A DNA stretch of 63,843 bases, filler included, from Reclinomonas americana ATCC 50394 (Eukaryota): assembly GCA_048213135.1 (NCBI GenBank). It is 8 parts of 5 records of this genome, joined end to end, with 100 filler letters (N's around TTAATTAATTAA, not from the genome) between each part and the next. Parts side by side here need not be neighbours in the genome. Positions count along the whole stretch, not along the records: positions 62,841 to 63,843 come from PS015590.1; 7 more parts are not named here. One strand, given 5' to 3'. The position numbers and the translations under genes were made by a program. The notes beneath the pieces are model-generated. The model had not been told where the DNA came from, did not search any database, and saw only the letters and a list, made by a program, of their open reading frames with translations. Shown piece after piece: positions 62,898 through 63,843 of the stretch. Each line of letters opens with the position of its first letter. Positions within the stretch are counted from its first letter, which is position 1.

Positions 62898-63843
62898 TGC
62901 GTGTTCAACGAGCTCGTCAGTCGCGGCACAACCAGTCTGCGACAACTGATGCAGTACCTGGACGCGGAACTCGATGCGGCTGCACTCGCGGCTGCAGGCG
63001 GCAGCAACAGCAGCAGTGATCGCGTGGCAGCCGCAGCAGCGAATGCCTCGAACTCATCTGCCAATCGCCGGTCTCTGTGCCTCTCTCTTCGTGCCTCTCC
63101 CTTGTCTCTCAACACTCACTTGTGTGTGACAGACTGGGACCGCGTCTGCAATCGGAGCACGTTCGCGACGCGTTGCGAGTGCTGATTGCGCACGGCGTGG
63201 TGACGTACGATCCGCACTCGAAGCGCGGAAACTCAGAGTTGACGCTGTACGATGCACACCCCGAGGTCGTGGCCTGCGTGTGTGCTTGTCTCTCATCTGC
63301 ATAATACTCAAACCATGGTTCACTGCCAGGCGGCCATTGGGAGGTTGCGATACCCGCGCTACTTGGAGACCGTGCACTCGGCGGTGCTGAAGGAGTGCGC
63401 ACACGATGCCGAAGACGAACTCGACGTGAAGCTGGCTGCAGTTGCGATTGTCGCGTGTGTGTGTTCGGGCACCACTGGCTGAGTTGTGCACGCCTCGCAG
63501 ACCACCATGTTGGCCAAGTCGTTGATGGTGCACGGCCGCATGCAACGGCGCAAGTGCATCGAATTCGCTCACGAGAGTGTTGGCTTTGACGGCAAACGTT
63601 GTGTGCAACAACCTCCACACATGCACATGTATATGAACATCCTTTGACGTGTGGCGTTGTGGCACAGCGCAAGAGTACTTTACGCCGGAGGTGTGGAGCG
63701 AGGCATTCCGCTTGTTGATCCGCTTGCGTTTCATCAAACCGGCAGCGGAGATTGGTTCGCCTCGCCTTTTTTTCTCTCTCTCTCGTGGTGAGTGTGCTCA
63801 TCCTGTGTGCATGCAGTGCCGCAGCGCTCGTCAGCCGCGCAGG
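62898..63843 (+). CDS. RPC3: RNA polymerase III subunit RPC3 (RPC62/82), partial
   Basis: VFNELVSRGTTSLRQL, VRDALRVLIAHGVV, LYDAHPE|AAIGRLRYPRYL and LMVHGRM match the extended winged-helix motifs of RPC3. Confidence 0.75.

Noticed and set aside
1..63843. tRNA, rRNA or snRNA genes
   Set aside because: None recognisable by eye; a covariance-model scan would be needed to exclude small intronic ncRNAs.

Overview
Intron-rich eukaryotic DNA, probably from a free-living heterotrophic protist, using the standard genetic code. It is a draft scaffold with N-gaps and artificial TTAATTAATTAA linkers. The left ~37 kb is gene-dense with mostly 50-110 nt introns. It carries a DUF1761-like protein, a mitochondrially targeted DUF3501 protein, RPA12, an ependymin-like protein, a long CDC123/D123-type ATP-grasp protein, GET4, a Dis3/RNase II-family protein with extra cold-shock domains and a destroyed catalytic motif, and a mid-SUN (SLP1/SUCO-like) protein. 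At 26.5-36.9 kb (minus strand) is a four-copy tandem array of ankyrin-repeat genes with near-invariant scaffolds but hypervariable binding-face residues, fused to different outputs: coiled-coil + RLK/Pelle(IRAK)-like kinase; coiled-coil only; none; and coiled-coil + putative HEPN RNase (RHRVSH) + a different kinase. This looks like a modular, RNase L-like candidate innate-immune system and is the main find. The right ~27 kb has genes with repeat-inflated introns: an NPC1-like protein lacking the N-terminal domain, FabF/OXSM, a longin-like protein, a small membrane protein and RPC3. More than 20 inferred introns use an unusual GTTGCG 5' splice site. All gene models were spliced by eye and all family assignments come from recognising motifs, not from database searches.
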